Source of the DNA: a virus | IMG/VR virus record: IMGVR_UViG_3300010287_000002 | Direction: 5' to 3' (one strand) | DNA: 33,253 bases | In this document: in pieces, positions 32,061 to 33,253 of the stretch | Layout: every line of letters begins with the position of its first letter | Numbering within the stretch: position 1 is the first letter of the stretch | Made by a program: the position numbers and the translations under genes | Notes under the pieces: generated by a model | Told to the model about the DNA's origin: nothing | Seen by the model: the letters and a program-made list of their open reading frames with translations, nothing else | Database searches by the model: none

Positions 32061-32486
32061 TTATAAAGGGTCGACAGAGGCGTTTTGCACATGGTTCAGC
32101 TTATCCGTCCCCTGAAATGTTATTTTTAACCCAACGGCATCTTCCGTTGCACCTGTGATGTTCATGCCTGTTACGTAGCAGTCGCCATAAAGCATTGTGT
32201 CTGTTGCGCTTTCACCTATAGGTTTTACGACTATCTTACACAGGGCACCTTCCATGCCATCATTTACCATTCCCATTTGAGTTGCGTCGCTTGGGTCATA
32301 AAAAAGCTCAAAGCTTCCGCTCCAGCTTGCCTGCCCTACAAGGTATTTCTTCCATTGGGTTGACAGCGTAGATGCGTCTATGGTGCCAAGTGCTGTGTTT
32401 ATCTCAAAAGATCTCGCCTCAAACGGCTGATATGCTCCGCTTATCTTCGCCTTTAGTACCGCATTTTTTGCAGGATGTGCTCCCAT
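32061..32486 (-). CDS. Major tail protein paralogue 1 (compact form)
   Basis: 141 aa, tail-tube-like. AAAGGAGG SD. Position after the tail terminator gene. Confidence 0.8.
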   Translation of the reverse strand: MGAHPAKNAVLKAKISGAYQPFEARSFEINTALGTIDASTLSTQWKKYLVGQASWSGSFELFYDPSDATQMGMVNDGMEGALCKIVVKPIGESATDTMLYGDCYVTGMNITGATEDAVGLKITFQGTDKLNHVQNASVDPL

Positions 32487-32490
32487 CCCT

Positions 32491-32865
32491 TTACCTCCTT
32501 TGTCTCATGTAACCTTTGATTGTCATTATTCCTTCCCACCACCCAGAGGTTGGATCGCTCCTCACAAGGAATTCGTCCATCCACATGTCTATTGGCAGCA
32601 GGCCTTCTACCACATCCGCTATCTCTACCACCTCTTTCCTGCCGTTGTAGCTGCTCCAAATATAGATGTCTATAAACCACTTGCGCTCCGTGTCGCTGAG
32701 CAGGCGTCCAGGCAGCGCCTGAAGCTGGCCTATGACTATGTAAGGCCCCGTTGCATCTTGAGGCGGTTCGTCGTAAACGCCCTTTACCTTCTTCATGAGC
32801 GCTGTGCTCTGCGTCAGAAGGCTGTAAATTGTCTCAGACGTGGCCTTATATCCCATGACCGTCAT
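32491..32865 (-). CDS. Tail terminator / completion protein (DUF3168-like)
   Basis: 124 aa. VYDEPPQDATGPYIVIGQ is the typical DUF3168 pattern. ATGA-coupled to the gp10-like gene. Confidence 0.65.
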   Translation of the reverse strand: MTVMGYKATSETIYSLLTQSTALMKKVKGVYDEPPQDATGPYIVIGQLQALPGRLLSDTERKWFIDIYIWSSYNGRKEVVEIADVVEGLLPIDMWMDEFLVRSDPTSGWWEGIMTIKGYMRQRR

Positions 32866-33245
32866 CCCTCAAGCACCTTTTGCAGCGCGTCTGTCAGCGC
32901 ATCAAGCGTTTCGTCCTCGTGCGCCCTGCCAGCGGGGATCAAGAACGGTCGCGCATTCATCTTTTTTGTTCCGTACTCGACGAAATGCGCATAATACGTG
33001 TCGATGTCTCTTACCTTCTTGCCCCCAGCATGGACGGCAGCGGTAAGCGTCCTTCTGGAGACCGTGTACCTTATGCTTTCCGAAAGCGCCCCAGTGTCCT
33101 TAGGGCATCTTTTTTTGGCGTCTTCCTTTATCGCCCTTGCCTTCTCCCTCAGCACGTTCGCCACGGCCCTCTTTGCCTCCGGTTCTGCTTTGCGCAGCTC
33201 GCTCATCACGTCTTCAAGCCCCTTTATATGTACGGTGATTGGCAT
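32862..33245 (-). CDS. HK97 gp10-family neck / tail-completion protein
   Basis: 127 aa. KDTGALSESIRYTV...YYAHFVEYGTKKMNARPFLIPA. Its first 115 nt are also present at 1..115 because of the terminal overlap. In the circle its ATG directly follows the stop of gene 116..436. Confidence 0.8.
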   Translation of the reverse strand: MPITVHIKGLEDVMSELRKAEPEAKRAVANVLREKARAIKEDAKKRCPKDTGALSESIRYTVSRRTLTAAVHAGGKKVRDIDTYYAHFVEYGTKKMNARPFLIPAGRAHEDETLDALTDALQKVLEG

Positions 33246-33253
33246 TTATATCA
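33131..33253. repeat. Terminal direct repeat, copy 2 (identical to 1..123)
   Basis: Same as copy 1. It lies inside a coding region, so it is more likely a circularisation overlap than a physical genome end. Confidence 0.95.

Larger units (their letters stand above)
1..33253. mobile_element. Complete temperate siphovirus-type phage/prophage genome, assembled as a closed circle (unit 33,130 bp)
   Basis: Contains full lysogeny, replication, packaging, head, tail and lysis modules plus an integrase. The ends of the window are identical over 123 nt, and the gp10-like gene is split across the junction. Confidence 0.85.

Overview
The window is one complete, circularly closed genome of a temperate tailed phage or prophage. 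The first 123 nt are identical to the last 123 nt, so the unit length is 33,130 bp. All family names below come from reading the supplied translations by eye; no database search was run.

The minus strand carries three co-linear blocks:
1. An early/replication operon (13830 down to 7931): Cro-like HTH, small ORFs, AlpA-like Xis candidate, PD-(D/E)XK exonuclease plus RecT, replisome organizer with embedded iteron-like repeats and a (TATCTG)7 microsatellite, DnaC-like loader, resolvase-like nuclease, and a RinA/ArpU-like late activator.
2. A packaging/head block (7798 down to 116): HNH, P27-type TerS, TerL, HK97-type portal, prohead protease, major capsid, connector proteins.
3. A tail, baseplate and lysis block that continues across the circular junction (33245 down to 19336): gp10-like, DUF3168-like, two tandem paralogous major tail proteins, a G/G-T chaperone with a clear -1 slippery site, the tape measure, an RcGTA-style DUF2460 / DUF2163-BR0599 hub / NlpC-P60 / host-specificity set, a knob-type fibre, an amidase and several small membrane/coiled-coil proteins.

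The plus strand carries the lysogeny side:
- a CI-like HTH+S24 repressor, divergent from cro across a three-operator switch;
- a visibly AT-richer block of four envelope-targeted proteins (TM protein, membrane-anchored thermonuclease, secreted PDZ protein, zinc-ribbon membrane protein);
- a terminator, and an attP-like region with TGGTGGACTGGA repeats;
- a P4/CP4-57-type tyrosine integrase.

No rRNA gene, complete tRNA gene or CRISPR array was seen.

The best candidate for something undescribed is the four-gene envelope cassette between repressor and integrase. Other unusual points are the duplicated tail tube gene with an inserted domain, the hub protein with a roughly 570-aa N-terminal extension, and an atypical lysis cassette with out-of-frame overlapping genes.
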